A DNA stretch of 58,730 bases from Candidatus Woesearchaeota archaeon (GTDB taxonomy: Archaea; Nanobdellota; Nanobdellia; SCGC-AAA011-G17; JACQNH01). Both the position numbers and the translations under genes were made by a program. The stretch covers positions 1-58,730 of the forward strand of contig JAHFIJ010000001.1 in the NCBI GenBank assembly GCA_023246445.1. The letters are read 5' to 3'. Positions 45,585 to 55,269 of this stretch are shown in pieces. Each line of letters starts with the position of its first letter. Positions within the stretch are counted from its first letter, which is position 1. The notes beneath the pieces were generated by a model. That model saw nothing but the letters and a program-made list of their open reading frames with translations, searched no databases and was not told the DNA's origin.

Positions 45585-47498
45585 TTAAAATAACTCTTCA
45601 AAAAACCCTATAACCCTTAGATACCAGGGAACCCCACTAACATTAACATCAAACTCTTTATTTAAATTATATTTATTTCCTGATTCATCCTTAAATTCAA
45701 TCCCGATATCTGCATTCCCACTATATACTGTTCTGCCGCTTAAATTCCCCTTTATAACATTTATTCCATCAAACTCTTTAATATTGCTGAAATCAGCACC
45801 ATTTACCTTAATCTTTAAATCATTAATTTTTGTATTAGAGCTTAGAACAATATCAGTAGTTTTAATTTCATTATAATTTAAATTTTCAACATTGAATTCA
45901 GAGATCACAACACTAGGAATTTTATTTATTTTTATATCTAAATATTCTTTCTTAAAAAATTCATTATTCTCGGCAGTTATCAATAATCCATTAACATTAT
46001 TTTTAAAATCAACACTAAAATCAATATCTAAACTTTTATTCATATTAACTAATTTACAATCATCAATCAAACAAAAATTAACATTTTTATAACCTTCGTT
46101 GCTTGTAATTAAGCATTTAATCACTCCAGTTTCATTCCCTAAATAACTATTTTTATTTCCATTGCAACTAAAATTTAAAGAACTAAATTCACTTTTCTTT
46201 TCTCTCTTATCAACAGCTTTTAAAAACTCTAATGCCTTATCTAAGCTGTAATCTTCATAATCCTTAGCAGCCTGAATTAAAAAAATTGCTGAATCATCAA
46301 ACTGATCCTTAACCTTAACTTCACTGGAATAAATAAAATCTTCTTTTAAATTTCCTTTAAATTCTGCAATAAATACCAAATTTTTCTTTTCTTTTGGTTT
46401 TAATACTATTATTTTCTCTGAAACCCCATAAACACCAGGCGCATTAGCTAAATACAGCATTGCACTTAGATAAGAATCTTCTAAATTTTCTACTTCAACA
46501 ATTATTGGAGCATAACTTTCAAATTTAACTCTCTGAACAACAGATCTTGCACTAATCTTAATTGGGCTCTTAAAATCATCTTTTTTTTCGTTTATATAAT
46601 AAGCATTCAAATCTATCTTATCTAATTTTACTTCACCCCCGACAGAATGCCATCTATAATTTACACTGGCCTCTCCAGACCCTGCAGTATGCTGCAATTT
46701 CACATGGCTCGGATCTATCCATCCATATTGTCCAAATGTGACATCAAATGGCACCCAGCCATAACCGGGAAAATAAACCTCACTCCATCCATGATTTAAC
46801 CATTTATATCCTAAATTCGTGTAAACAACACCAGTAACAAATCTTGCAGGAATCCCTAAACTTCTCATTAAAGAGATAAATAAATTAGTTATCTCATCAC
46901 AAACACCCTCCCCATTCCTCAAAACTTCGCTGCTCTTAAAAACAGTTTCAGCATTTATCGTGCTTAGATTATATTTTATGTTTCTTCTCACCCATTCAGC
47001 AGTCTTAACAGCAATCAAAAACAAATCATCGCTATCCACTAAATCTCTTGCTGTATTTCTTATATCTTCATTTATGTCTATATATTTGCTTTCACCCAAA
47101 TACTCCTTATTACCATCAAAAACCACAGGATATTTAACCTTCTTATCTATCTTAAAAAGAATATTCTTATTTACTATTTCAGTCTTTAGATTAGCAGTCA
47201 CAATTTCAGATTTCGGATATCTCCATGCATATCTTATTAATCCTGGTTTTTCATTTTTTTCCCCTTCAGGATTCATTTCTAATTCAAAACTTTTTATTGT
47301 TTGCCTGTAATTAACCTCAGGTTTTAAAAACAAATCCGCAGTTAGATCATTCATTTTAGTTTTATCTAAATTATACAGCTTAAAATTTAAATTAATATCG
47401 AGTCCAATATTTAACTCATTAACATTGTTATAATTTTCAGCAGAAAAGACTAGCTGAGGCATTAAAACAACCAATACTAACAAGATTAACTTTCGCAC
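45585..47498 (-). CDS. secreted transglutaminase-like cysteine protease-fold protein
   Basis: 637 aa with a signal peptide. GEGVCDEITNLFISLMRSLGIPARFVTG (Cys), HGWSEVYF (His), GWVPFDVT (Asp). Confidence 0.8.
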   Translation of the reverse strand: MRKLILLVLVVLMPQLVFSAENYNNVNELNIGLDINLNFKLYNLDKTKMNDLTADLFLKPEVNYRQTIKSFELEMNPEGEKNEKPGLIRYAWRYPKSEIVTANLKTEIVNKNILFKIDKKVKYPVVFDGNKEYLGESKYIDINEDIRNTARDLVDSDDLFLIAVKTAEWVRRNIKYNLSTINAETVFKSSEVLRNGEGVCDEITNLFISLMRSLGIPARFVTGVVYTNLGYKWLNHGWSEVYFPGYGWVPFDVTFGQYGWIDPSHVKLQHTAGSGEASVNYRWHSVGGEVKLDKIDLNAYYINEKKDDFKSPIKISARSVVQRVKFESYAPIIVEVENLEDSYLSAMLYLANAPGVYGVSEKIIVLKPKEKKNLVFIAEFKGNLKEDFIYSSEVKVKDQFDDSAIFLIQAAKDYEDYSLDKALEFLKAVDKREKKSEFSSLNFSCNGNKNSYLGNETGVIKCLITSNEGYKNVNFCLIDDCKLVNMNKSLDIDFSVDFKNNVNGLLITAENNEFFKKEYLDIKINKIPSVVISEFNVENLNYNEIKTTDIVLSSNTKINDLKIKVNGADFSNIKEFDGINVIKGNLSGRTVYSGNADIGIEFKDESGNKYNLNKEFDVNVSGVPWYLRVIGFFEELF

Positions 47499-48532
47499 CC
47501 CTTATTCACCTCTTCTTTTACAACTTTAAAAAATTTATCCCAATCATCTTTCGCTATATTAAAGCCGCATGCATTCTTATGCCCCCCACCATAACTTCCA
47601 TTGCTTAAGCCTTCTAATGATTTACTAATCACCGGCTGCAAATTTATATTTCTGCTTCTCAAACTCCCTTTTACAAACTCCCCTGTATCTCTCCCAACTA
47701 ATATAACTTCCATCCCTGTTGAATATTTTAAAAACTGCGCCAGCTCAGAAGAAAAACTTATCTTCCCCGAAGGATAAATAAACCACAATAAATTTTTTTC
47801 TTTCTTCATATTGTCTAACGCTTTTTTTAATAATTCCTCATACTGCTCGTTTATTCTTAAAAATTTATTCTTTAGCTGTTCGCATCTATCTTCAAAATCT
47901 AAAATATCATAAGGGCTTTTAACCTGCTCCAAAACATTAGCTATGTCCATTACATCTCTGACTTTTGATTTCAATAAAAAACTTACTATCTTTATTATTC
48001 TCCCTAATTTGCTGTTATAGATTAAATCCTCTTCACCCTTAAAATCATTAAACAATTCTTTATATTCTTTTCTGACATCTTCTAGAAAATCAGGTATATA
48101 ATAATCAGCCACGCACCCAATTAATGCCAGCCATTTATCTCTATTAACACATTTATAGCTCCAGTATGTTGTAGCGCTTCTTTCATTTGGATTTTTAAAT
48201 TTCGGATTAAAATATTTCATATTTTCAATTTCAATTATAGGATGATGATCAATCCATATTACCGGAGCTTTACAGTTATCAATGAATTCCTGTTCTATTA
48301 TAGGTTTATCTAAAACAATTATAAGATCAGGATTATACTTATTTGCTATTAGAGCATATTTTTTTCCAACTTTAGGGGAATCTTTCACAACTCTCCCATT
48401 TCCTTTTTTACAATATCTTTTAAATAATAAATAACTGCACAACCCATCACAATCTTCATCAAATAAAAAAAATGGATTTTCACTTTTATCCAATAGTTTC
48501 TTGACTTCATTTAATTCTATTATCTTAGCCAT
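47486..48532 (-). CDS. DHH/DHHA1-family phosphoesterase (RecJ/NrnA-like)
   Basis: 348 aa. DEDCDGLCS, IWIDHHPI and GGGHKNACGF motifs. Confidence 0.75.
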   Translation of the reverse strand: MAKIIELNEVKKLLDKSENPFFLFDEDCDGLCSYLLFKRYCKKGNGRVVKDSPKVGKKYALIANKYNPDLIIVLDKPIIEQEFIDNCKAPVIWIDHHPIIEIENMKYFNPKFKNPNERSATTYWSYKCVNRDKWLALIGCVADYYIPDFLEDVRKEYKELFNDFKGEEDLIYNSKLGRIIKIVSFLLKSKVRDVMDIANVLEQVKSPYDILDFEDRCEQLKNKFLRINEQYEELLKKALDNMKKEKNLLWFIYPSGKISFSSELAQFLKYSTGMEVILVGRDTGEFVKGSLRSRNINLQPVISKSLEGLSNGSYGGGHKNACGFNIAKDDWDKFFKVVKEEVNKGCES

Positions 48533-48578
48533 TAAAAATTTAATTAAAAATTGAGTTTAAAATAGTTTTGATTGAATT

Positions 48579-49148
48579 TTAACGTGCCTTTTGTTTATTT
48601 GCTCTTAAACTGGGTCTTATCTTCTCAGCACCCTTCCCTTTATTCCTTAACCCTCTTGATTTTCTCCCGGCAGAAGTTTTTCCCCTGTAAACTCTCCCTC
48701 TTGACTCATTTATCCATTCCATCCCTTTATACTTTGAAACCTTAACTCTGTCTGCTAGTATAATCTCAAACCAGTTATAAATTCCATCCTGAATAACAAA
48801 ATAACTCCCCAATACTTCACAATTAGGATATTTATTATTTACTCTCTCCTCTGCAATCCACTGATAATTTTTGCTTACGCTTCTATGAACATAATAATTT
48901 CTTGATTTTCTGCCTCTTTTTAATTGTGGCCTCTGTTTTCCGCCTCTTTTCAATCTTATTCTTACAACTAAATATCCCTCTTTAGCCTTATAACCTAAAG
49001 CTCTAGCTCGGTCTAATCTAGTCGGGTTATCAATTCTTAAAAAAACAGGCTGTCTCCTGAACTTCATTAATCTCTCCTTATATATCTGAGGATTTAATTC
49101 TCTTAAATTCTGCCAGTTTTCTCTGATAAAGGAATATGCGCTTTTCAT
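48579..49148 (-). CDS. rpl15e: 50S ribosomal protein L15e
   Basis: MKSAYSFIRENWQN...RLDRARALGYKAKEGYLVVRIRLKRGG. Start set at the second Met (49148) because the TATA-like TTATAAAT overlaps the first ATG (49172), which suggests a leaderless mRNA. Confidence 0.9.
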   Translation of the reverse strand: MKSAYSFIRENWQNLRELNPQIYKERLMKFRRQPVFLRIDNPTRLDRARALGYKAKEGYLVVRIRLKRGGKQRPQLKRGRKSRNYYVHRSVSKNYQWIAEERVNNKYPNCEVLGSYFVIQDGIYNWFEIILADRVKVSKYKGMEWINESRGRVYRGKTSAGRKSRGLRNKGKGAEKIRPSLRANKQKAR

Positions 49149-49196
49149 AGAGAGTCTAGCTTGAAAAATCATTTATAAGCCTTTCTTTTAAATCTT

Positions 49197-50360
49197 TTAA
49201 AATAGTATTATCAGTAAATTTCCAATCCCTGCTAATATAAACCCTAATTTATAGCTCAATGTATAATAAACAGCTACCAACACTAAAAGCTGGCCAAAAC
49301 CCAATGCCATCTGTCTAAATGCTAAATATTCTAATTTATTTTTATGATAGCTAACTCGATCATATACTAATGCAGTAAATGGCCCTTCAAATAACATAGA
49401 CATTAAGCCAGAATATAAAGAAACTAAAGTTACTCCAGCAATAGTATTAAAGAAATATCTAAAAAACCAGGACAAGCTATTCAAGATGCTCCCTAGATTA
49501 ATAAAAACTTTTTTTCCTGTTTTATTACTCACTCTTCCAGTTGCATAAGAAACTAATGCTCTTAATATTCCAGATAAACTAGCCAACCCCCCTATAGCAA
49601 CATAATTTGTCAATACTAAAAATAAAAACAAAGGCCATAGTATTCCTTCTCCAATGCCAAAAGCTCCATAACCAAAGAACCCTAAAAAATCTCTAAAATG
49701 TTTTAAATTAAACACATCACCGAAATTAAATTTAAATCTTTCATTCAAGTCTTTAGTCATATATAATGGCACAGCAGATATTATCAATAAGCAACCCACC
49801 AACACAAACAAAGATAAAAACCCTAAATAATAAACAATTAAACCGCCGATAATAGGCCCTAAAATTCCAATTAATATCATCATAACATTTGCAATAGAAA
49901 CTTCCTCGCTTCTATGATTTTTATCAGTTGAATTTACAAAAATACTATGATAGCTCAGCCAAAAAAACCCATCTGCAAATCCGCTCAATACTGCAACATT
50001 TATTAATAATGATGGATTAAATTTCATCAGATAAATTAGAGCATATAATAAAATATAAAACGGCTGTATCATTACCATCATGTGTCTCGCACCGACTTTT
50101 GAACAAAATAAAGCACCAAATATCGCACTTATAACATAAACAATTACGGAAATTATATAAAAAAATAAAACCTGGCTTAAACTCAAACCAACCTCTTTGA
50201 TTAAATATAAAGGAACGAATAATGCAATTAAGCTCAAAGCAAAAGTCCTTAACACAATACTCAAATAAAATTGTTTTAAATCCTTGTTAGCCTTGAAGTT
50301 TATAAAATGCCAGTGATGTGCATGCAGATGATTGCCGTATATATGTCCGAATATTCTCAT
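49197..50360 (-). CDS. MFS-type transporter
   Basis: 387 aa, ~11-12 TM helices. The loop GRVSNKTGKK resembles MFS motif A. Confidence 0.65.
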   Translation of the reverse strand: MRIFGHIYGNHLHAHHWHFINFKANKDLKQFYLSIVLRTFALSLIALFVPLYLIKEVGLSLSQVLFFYIISVIVYVISAIFGALFCSKVGARHMMVMIQPFYILLYALIYLMKFNPSLLINVAVLSGFADGFFWLSYHSIFVNSTDKNHRSEEVSIANVMMILIGILGPIIGGLIVYYLGFLSLFVLVGCLLIISAVPLYMTKDLNERFKFNFGDVFNLKHFRDFLGFFGYGAFGIGEGILWPLFLFLVLTNYVAIGGLASLSGILRALVSYATGRVSNKTGKKVFINLGSILNSLSWFFRYFFNTIAGVTLVSLYSGLMSMLFEGPFTALVYDRVSYHKNKLEYLAFRQMALGFGQLLVLVAVYYTLSYKLGFILAGIGNLLIILF

Positions 50361-50469
50361 TTAATTTCACCTTTTTTGTTTTAAATAATAATAGTAGTAT
50401 AAAAATCTAATGTATGAACTAAAGAACAATAAAGCTTTTAAATAAAAACTATTCTAAAGTGGTATCAAA

Positions 50470-50658
50470 ATGGCAATTAAAAATGCAATTCAAATCATAA
50501 TTGGATTAATTATTCTGGCAGTCTTAGCTATCATAGGAACTACTTTTCAATATATAAGAATCAAAGCATTTGCCTTTTTAGTTGGGGGGATATTCTGGGC
50601 TATTGTATTAATTGCTCTATTCCTGATTTTTGTAGGTATAAACGAGTTAAGAAATTAA
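50470..50658 (+). CDS. small two-TM membrane protein
   Basis: 62 aa and hydrophobic. Its stop codon is the first 3 nt of the 149-bp repeat. Confidence 0.4.
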   Translation: MAIKNAIQIIIGLIILAVLAIIGTTFQYIRIKAFAFLVGGIFWAIVLIALFLIFVGINELRN

Positions 50659-50804
50659 AAACAATTTTAAACTCAGATATCTTATTATTATTCAATGAAA
50701 ATCCCAACTTCTAAATATGATAAAGCCTTCCTATTGAATAAAGCATTAAAAAATATTAAAGAATTCTTGCCCAGAATAATATCTAATTCATTTTCAGGTT
50801 CTTC
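50656..50804 (+). repeat. 149-bp perfect direct repeat, copy 1
   Basis: Identical by eye to 51534-51682. Contains 39 nt of upstream sequence plus the first ~37 codons of the nre-like gene. Confidence 0.95.
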
Positions 50805-50844
50805 CAATCAAAAAGAAAGGTATGAACTTACTCTAAAAAAGTAA
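50695..50844 (+). pseudogene. truncated 5' duplicate of the nre-like gene
   Basis: MKIPTSKYDKAFLLNKALKNIKEFLPRIISNSFSGSS is identical to the N-terminus of 51573-52766. It then diverges and stops after 12 more codons. Confidence 0.7.
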
Positions 50845-50886
50845 TGTTTATATAGTTAAACAGTTTTACAGTTAAACGAGGTAAAA

Positions 50887-51147
50887 ATGGAAAAAGAGTT
50901 ATTAAAAATGAGCCCTAAAGGCCAATTGGTAATCCCACAGGAAATAAGAGAAATGGAGTCCTTCAAAGAAGGGGATAGATTCATTGCTGTCCCTGTTAAA
51001 GAGGGGGTATTATTTAAAAAAGTCAAAATCCCTAATATAAAAATAGAGTTTGAAAAGATAGCTCGGGAAATAGAAGCACATTTCAAAGAGAAAAAAGTAA
51101 CTCGGGAAGACGTTGTGGGAGCAATTAAATGGGCCAGAAAAAGATAG
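50887..51147 (+). CDS. AbrB/SpoVT-family antitoxin
   Basis: 86 aa. MSPKGQLVIPQEIREMESFKEGDRFIAVPVKEGVLF swapped-hairpin motif. Confidence 0.75.
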   Translation: MEKELLKMSPKGQLVIPQEIREMESFKEGDRFIAVPVKEGVLFKKVKIPNIKIEFEKIAREIEAHFKEKKVTREDVVGAIKWARKR

Positions 51148-51536
51148 TTTTAGATACAAATATCTTAATCTCGGCTTGCGGATGGGAAGGTAAACCAAAA
51201 GAATTATTTAAAAAAATATTAAACCACGAATATGAATTAATTATTTCAATAGAACAGATAGACGAACTAAAAAGAGTTTTAGATTATCCAAGATTTGATT
51301 TTACCGAGGATCAAAAATCAAAGTTTTTAGTTATATTAACATTAATTTCAACAATTATCCCACTCAACCAGTCAATCAATATTATAAAAGAAGATCCTGA
51401 TGACAACATAATACTGGAAACGGCAATAGAATCCGAAGCCGAATTTCTTATTTCAGGTGACCCGCATCTTCTTAACCTAAAAGAATATAAAACTATAAAA
51501 ATAATGACAGTTTCGGATTTCTTAAACCAACAATAA
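51129..51536 (+). CDS. PIN-domain toxin
   Basis: 135 aa. KIVLDTNILISA, ...DPDDNIILETA..., ISGDPHLL. Overlaps the antitoxin gene by 19 nt. Confidence 0.8.
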   Translation: MGQKKIVLDTNILISACGWEGKPKELFKKILNHEYELIISIEQIDELKRVLDYPRFDFTEDQKSKFLVILTLISTIIPLNQSINIIKEDPDDNIILETAIESEAEFLISGDPHLLNLKEYKTIKIMTVSDFLNQQ

Positions 51537-51682
51537 AAACAATTTTAAACTCAGATATCTTATTATTATTCAATGAAAATCCCAACTTCTAAATATGATA
51601 AAGCCTTCCTATTGAATAAAGCATTAAAAAATATTAAAGAATTCTTGCCCAGAATAATATCTAATTCATTTTCAGGTTCTTC
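51534..51682 (+). repeat. 149-bp perfect direct repeat, copy 2
   Basis: See 50656-50804. It begins with the PIN gene stop codon. Confidence 0.95.
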
Positions 51683-52766
51683 ACCGCCAGAAATTTTCAT
51701 TGGTCAACACGGTTATCCCCAAGTCTTTACAGGAATATTAGCTCCTTTAGGGCATTTAGAAGATGCGCAAAAACTAAGTTCTCCAGAAGATTGGTTTAAG
51801 AATAATTTAGATATTCAACAAATTTTACAGCTAAGATCTTCTTTAATATATTCCAGATTCAAAACACAGATTAAACCGCAAACAAATAAATTACTGGAAG
51901 TTTTACAAGAAACCTCAATGGCAAAGAAACCCACAGACATAGAATTTTTCCTTAAAAAACCCCCTAAGCCTAAGATAAATCTAGACAACTTCGTAAACCC
52001 ATTAGCAAATCCAGCCTCTTTACAAAAAGCTAAACTGCAGGAAAATCCATCAGTAGACACAATAGTAGAAAAAGTTGTTTCAGATACAGATCTAAAAGCA
52101 GTAGATGCAATTTCAAAATTATATAAATCCTCAAAAACTTCCTCGGAGATTATTAAATTATTATCTTCAGGTTTATTAGGAATAAAAATTCAGAGAAAAT
52201 TGGTTCCAACTAAATGGTCAATCACTGCAGTAGATGATACAATTTCAAAACAATTATTATCTCAAATTAAAAATTATTCTTGGATTAATGAATATTTATT
52301 ATTTCATCACGAATATTCAGGGAATCATTATGAGATTATTTTATTGCCTAAAGAATGGGGTTTTGAAGTTATAGAAGCTGAATCCAGAAATTCTTATCCC
52401 ACTCAAAATAACATTTTAATATTTTCAGATTATGAAGATTTTTATGGAAGAAAAGATTATGCCTCAAATGTAACTGGTGCTTACTACTCAAATAAAATTG
52501 CAATCTGCGAATACTTGTCTAAAATCAAAAAACAGGCATCAGTTTTAGTTTTAAGAGAAGTTAAGCCTGAATATTTTGCTCCATTAGGTGTTGGGATCTT
52601 AAGAGAAACAACAAGATTCGCATTTACCAAATCACCTGAAAAATTCTTAACTTTAAAAGAAGCATTGAATAAAGCACAAACAAGACTAACTATAGACATT
52701 AATAAATTAATTGAAAGTTCTAAACTACTAAAGTCCTTGCATCAAACCAAATTAACTATGTTTTAA
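51573..52766 (+). CDS. Nre-family (archaeal DNA repair-associated) protein, tentative
   Basis: 397 aa. SGSSPPEIFIGQHGYPQVFTGILAP resembles the Nre N-terminal domain signature as I recall it. Not verified. Confidence 0.5.
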   Translation: MKIPTSKYDKAFLLNKALKNIKEFLPRIISNSFSGSSPPEIFIGQHGYPQVFTGILAPLGHLEDAQKLSSPEDWFKNNLDIQQILQLRSSLIYSRFKTQIKPQTNKLLEVLQETSMAKKPTDIEFFLKKPPKPKINLDNFVNPLANPASLQKAKLQENPSVDTIVEKVVSDTDLKAVDAISKLYKSSKTSSEIIKLLSSGLLGIKIQRKLVPTKWSITAVDDTISKQLLSQIKNYSWINEYLLFHHEYSGNHYEIILLPKEWGFEVIEAESRNSYPTQNNILIFSDYEDFYGRKDYASNVTGAYYSNKIAICEYLSKIKKQASVLVLREVKPEYFAPLGVGILRETTRFAFTKSPEKFLTLKEALNKAQTRLTIDINKLIESSKLLKSLHQTKLTMF

Positions 52767-52807
52767 AAACAACAATATTTTTAAACCTTTACTTCCTTAA
52801 CTTAATA

Positions 52808-52915
52808 ATGTTCATAGACGAAGATTTAGAAGAAGAAAATTTAGAGGAACTTAATTTTGAAGAGTTATTAAAAGAAAGACCTAAAAAACAAATATTACCC
52901 GCAATAGCATCCTAA
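52808..52915 (+). CDS. possible 35-aa acidic leader peptide upstream of the M50 protease
   Basis: MFIDEDLEEENLEELNFEELLKERPKKQILPAIAS. The stop lies 1 nt before the M50 ATG. Very short, so weakly supported. Confidence 0.25.
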   Translation: MFIDEDLEEENLEELNFEELLKERPKKQILPAIAS

Positions 52916-52916
52916 A

Positions 52917-53456
52917 ATGGCAATTCTAACCTTAAAGGAAATATTTGACTTAATAATTATGACTATAGCTTTAGGCTATATCTTTTCAGGCTATATCCCA
53001 CAGCCAAAAACAATTTACAAAGTTTTAAAGCCGACATTTAATTTCCAAGTTTTAAAATACTCTTGTTTGATTGCAGCTCCAGCTGTTGTATTACATGAAT
53101 TAGCACATAAGTTTACAGCATTAGCCTTTGGGATTCCTGCCACATTCAAAATGTTTCCTTTTGGTTTAATCTTGGGTGTTGTTTTAAAATTATTAAATTC
53201 TCCCTTATTGATAATTGCTCCAGGCTATGTCCAATTGCCAGCTATATCCTCTACACTAACAAGAGTTACAGCTTTAGCAGGCCCATTAACAAACCTTTTG
53301 ATATTCCTTATTGCTTTAATAGTTATTAAAAAAGTAAAATTATCAAACAAAGCATTTATTTTATGGTCTTTAACAAAACAAATTAATTTAATATTGTTTA
53401 TTTTTAATATGATTCCGATTTCTCCTTTAGACGGTTCAAAAGTATTCTTCGGATAA
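52917..53456 (+). CDS. M50-family (site-2 protease-like) membrane metalloprotease, minimal form
   Basis: 179 aa. HELAHKF (HExxH) in a TM helix and NMIPISPLDGSKV (NxxPxxxLDG). Confidence 0.75.
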   Translation: MAILTLKEIFDLIIMTIALGYIFSGYIPQPKTIYKVLKPTFNFQVLKYSCLIAAPAVVLHELAHKFTALAFGIPATFKMFPFGLILGVVLKLLNSPLLIIAPGYVQLPAISSTLTRVTALAGPLTNLLIFLIALIVIKKVKLSNKAFILWSLTKQINLILFIFNMIPISPLDGSKVFFG

Positions 53457-53471
53457 CTATCCCACCCCAAA

Positions 53472-53903
53472 TTATTTCTTATTCAACACATATTGTTTTA
53501 ATACCAATAATAATGTTCCTGATTCACTAATATTGCCAATAGACCCATTATCACCAAAAGCATTAGCAGCACATCCTCCATCTCCCAAAGATACAGGGTT
53601 ATTAAATTTAATTTGAAGTTCTCTAGCCAAATCACTAAAAACTTTTTCAGGTTTGCTTAAATCAAGTCCCTTAACACGGGCAACTAAAACCAAATTACCC
53701 TGATGAGCAGGATAATTATTATTTCTTCCACTTATCTCTATTCTAATATCAGAAATACCAATCTCTTCCTCAAAAAAAAGGCCTCTAAGATTATAAAGCC
53801 CAGCATATAGTCTTCTAAATTTATCATACTTCAAACCCTGTTGCTCAATAAGCCCTTTCAACAAACTTAAAGAACTAACCCTATTATATTTCGTCGACAC
53901 CAT
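53472..53903 (-). CDS. hypothetical protein
   Basis: 143-aa ORF with no recognisable motif. Confidence 0.4.
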   Translation of the reverse strand: MVSTKYNRVSSLSLLKGLIEQQGLKYDKFRRLYAGLYNLRGLFFEEEIGISDIRIEISGRNNNYPAHQGNLVLVARVKGLDLSKPEKVFSDLARELQIKFNNPVSLGDGGCAANAFGDNGSIGNISESGTLLLVLKQYVLNKK

Positions 53904-53960
53904 AAAGAATAAAATTATTTAAAGCTATAAAAACCTTTCTTAAATCAATTATTACTACTA

Positions 53961-54584
53961 TTATCTTCTCTTCTTTTTATTTTTAACAGCCTTTTTAGTC
54001 TTCTTAACAATTTTTTTAATCTTCTTTGAAGTTTTAGCAATCTTTTTCTCAAAATCTTTTTGTATCTCTAATTTTTCTTCAGTTAATTCATTTTGTATTT
54101 TTTTAATTTCTTCTCTAATTTTAATTATCCCTGGAATATTGCTCTCCTGCACCATTAATTTTCCGCAATCAGGGCATTTAAAATTACATTCCAATGCATC
54201 CTCACTGCTGACTCTTTCACATTCATCAGGGCATATATAATAATTTATTTTTTCTTCTATTTTCAACTGGCTCTTTAATTCATCTAATTTTTTTTGATTA
54301 ACCTCATGCTTCAATTTAAAAGCAGTTTCTTCTTCAAAATTCCAGAAATAAACATACCAGCCCTTTTTTTTATCTTTCTTGCGTATATTAGTTACCAAAC
54401 CATAATTGCTTAAGCTGTATAATAAGCTTCTTATTTGATTTATAGTTAATTTTAATTTTTCAGCTAATTTAACCTCACTCACGTTTTTCTTACCCCTTAA
54501 TAAATTAACAATAGCAACCGCATCTTTTCTAACTACTTGGGATATTAATTCATTTAAGACCTCTTCAGAAAGTTTCATGACCAT
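53961..54584 (-). CDS. tfe: transcription factor E alpha subunit (TFE/TFIIE-alpha homologue)
   Basis: 207 aa. N-terminal winged helix, Zn ribbon CPDEC...CPDCG, Lys-rich tail. Confidence 0.8.
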   Translation of the reverse strand: MVMKLSEEVLNELISQVVRKDAVAIVNLLRGKKNVSEVKLAEKLKLTINQIRSLLYSLSNYGLVTNIRKKDKKKGWYVYFWNFEEETAFKLKHEVNQKKLDELKSQLKIEEKINYYICPDECERVSSEDALECNFKCPDCGKLMVQESNIPGIIKIREEIKKIQNELTEEKLEIQKDFEKKIAKTSKKIKKIVKKTKKAVKNKKKRR

Positions 54585-54692
54585 AAAGATAAAAATAGGC
54601 CAGATAGTATAAAAATCTTCCTATTATTTAAAAAAGTAATCACTCCACAATACATAAAAATCTTTATATAAAAGACCTATTCAGAGTTATAT

Positions 54693-55268
54693 ATGCTTAA
54701 CTTCTTAAAACATCAGGAAAAACCTAAATTTCCGGAATTTCCTTCTATAACAACTACAGAAGGCCCAACATTCCCGGAATATCCCCAGGGGAAAAAAGAA
54801 TTTCCAAATCTTCCAGAACCAAAAGGAACATTTCTAGAGGAAAAACACGACGAATTCCCGACATATAAGCCTGCATTTCCGCAGCAAGTAATGCCTGAGC
54901 CATTAAAAGTTAATATTCCTGAAGAAAGGCCAAGAATAGAACCCAAAGATGAGCTCGAAATACCTATCAGAAAACCTGTTTTTAAGCCCAATCTATCCCA
55001 GGATAAAGAACCACCAAAACAAGAGATTAAAGAATTTAAACCCATACACTCAAAAGAGGATTCAATATTTGTTAAGGTAGAGAAATATGAAGAAGCCCGT
55101 GATCTTTTAACAGAGATACAAAGTAAATTAGAAGAAACACAGACTCTAATCTCAGAGCTGGATAAATCAAAAGAAGATGAAGAATTACAACTAAAATCCT
55201 ATCAGGAATCAATAAACTCAGTAAAACAAAAGCTTATAGAAATTGAAAGAACACTATTCGCAGAATAA
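54693..55268 (+). CDS. Pro-rich plus coiled-coil protein, function unknown
   Basis: 191 aa. The N-terminal half has repeated (F)PE(F/Y)P motifs. The C-terminal ~70 aa is predicted coiled coil. Confidence 0.45.
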   Translation: MLNFLKHQEKPKFPEFPSITTTEGPTFPEYPQGKKEFPNLPEPKGTFLEEKHDEFPTYKPAFPQQVMPEPLKVNIPEERPRIEPKDELEIPIRKPVFKPNLSQDKEPPKQEIKEFKPIHSKEDSIFVKVEKYEEARDLLTEIQSKLEETQTLISELDKSKEDEELQLKSYQESINSVKQKLIEIERTLFAE

Positions 55269-55269
55269 A

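Noticed and set aside
49149-49172. An upstream ATG would give eL15 an 8-aa N-terminal extension (MIFQARLS).
   Set aside because: The TATA-like box overlaps this ATG, and eL15 homologues start at the MxxAYxYI motif. The second ATG was chosen.
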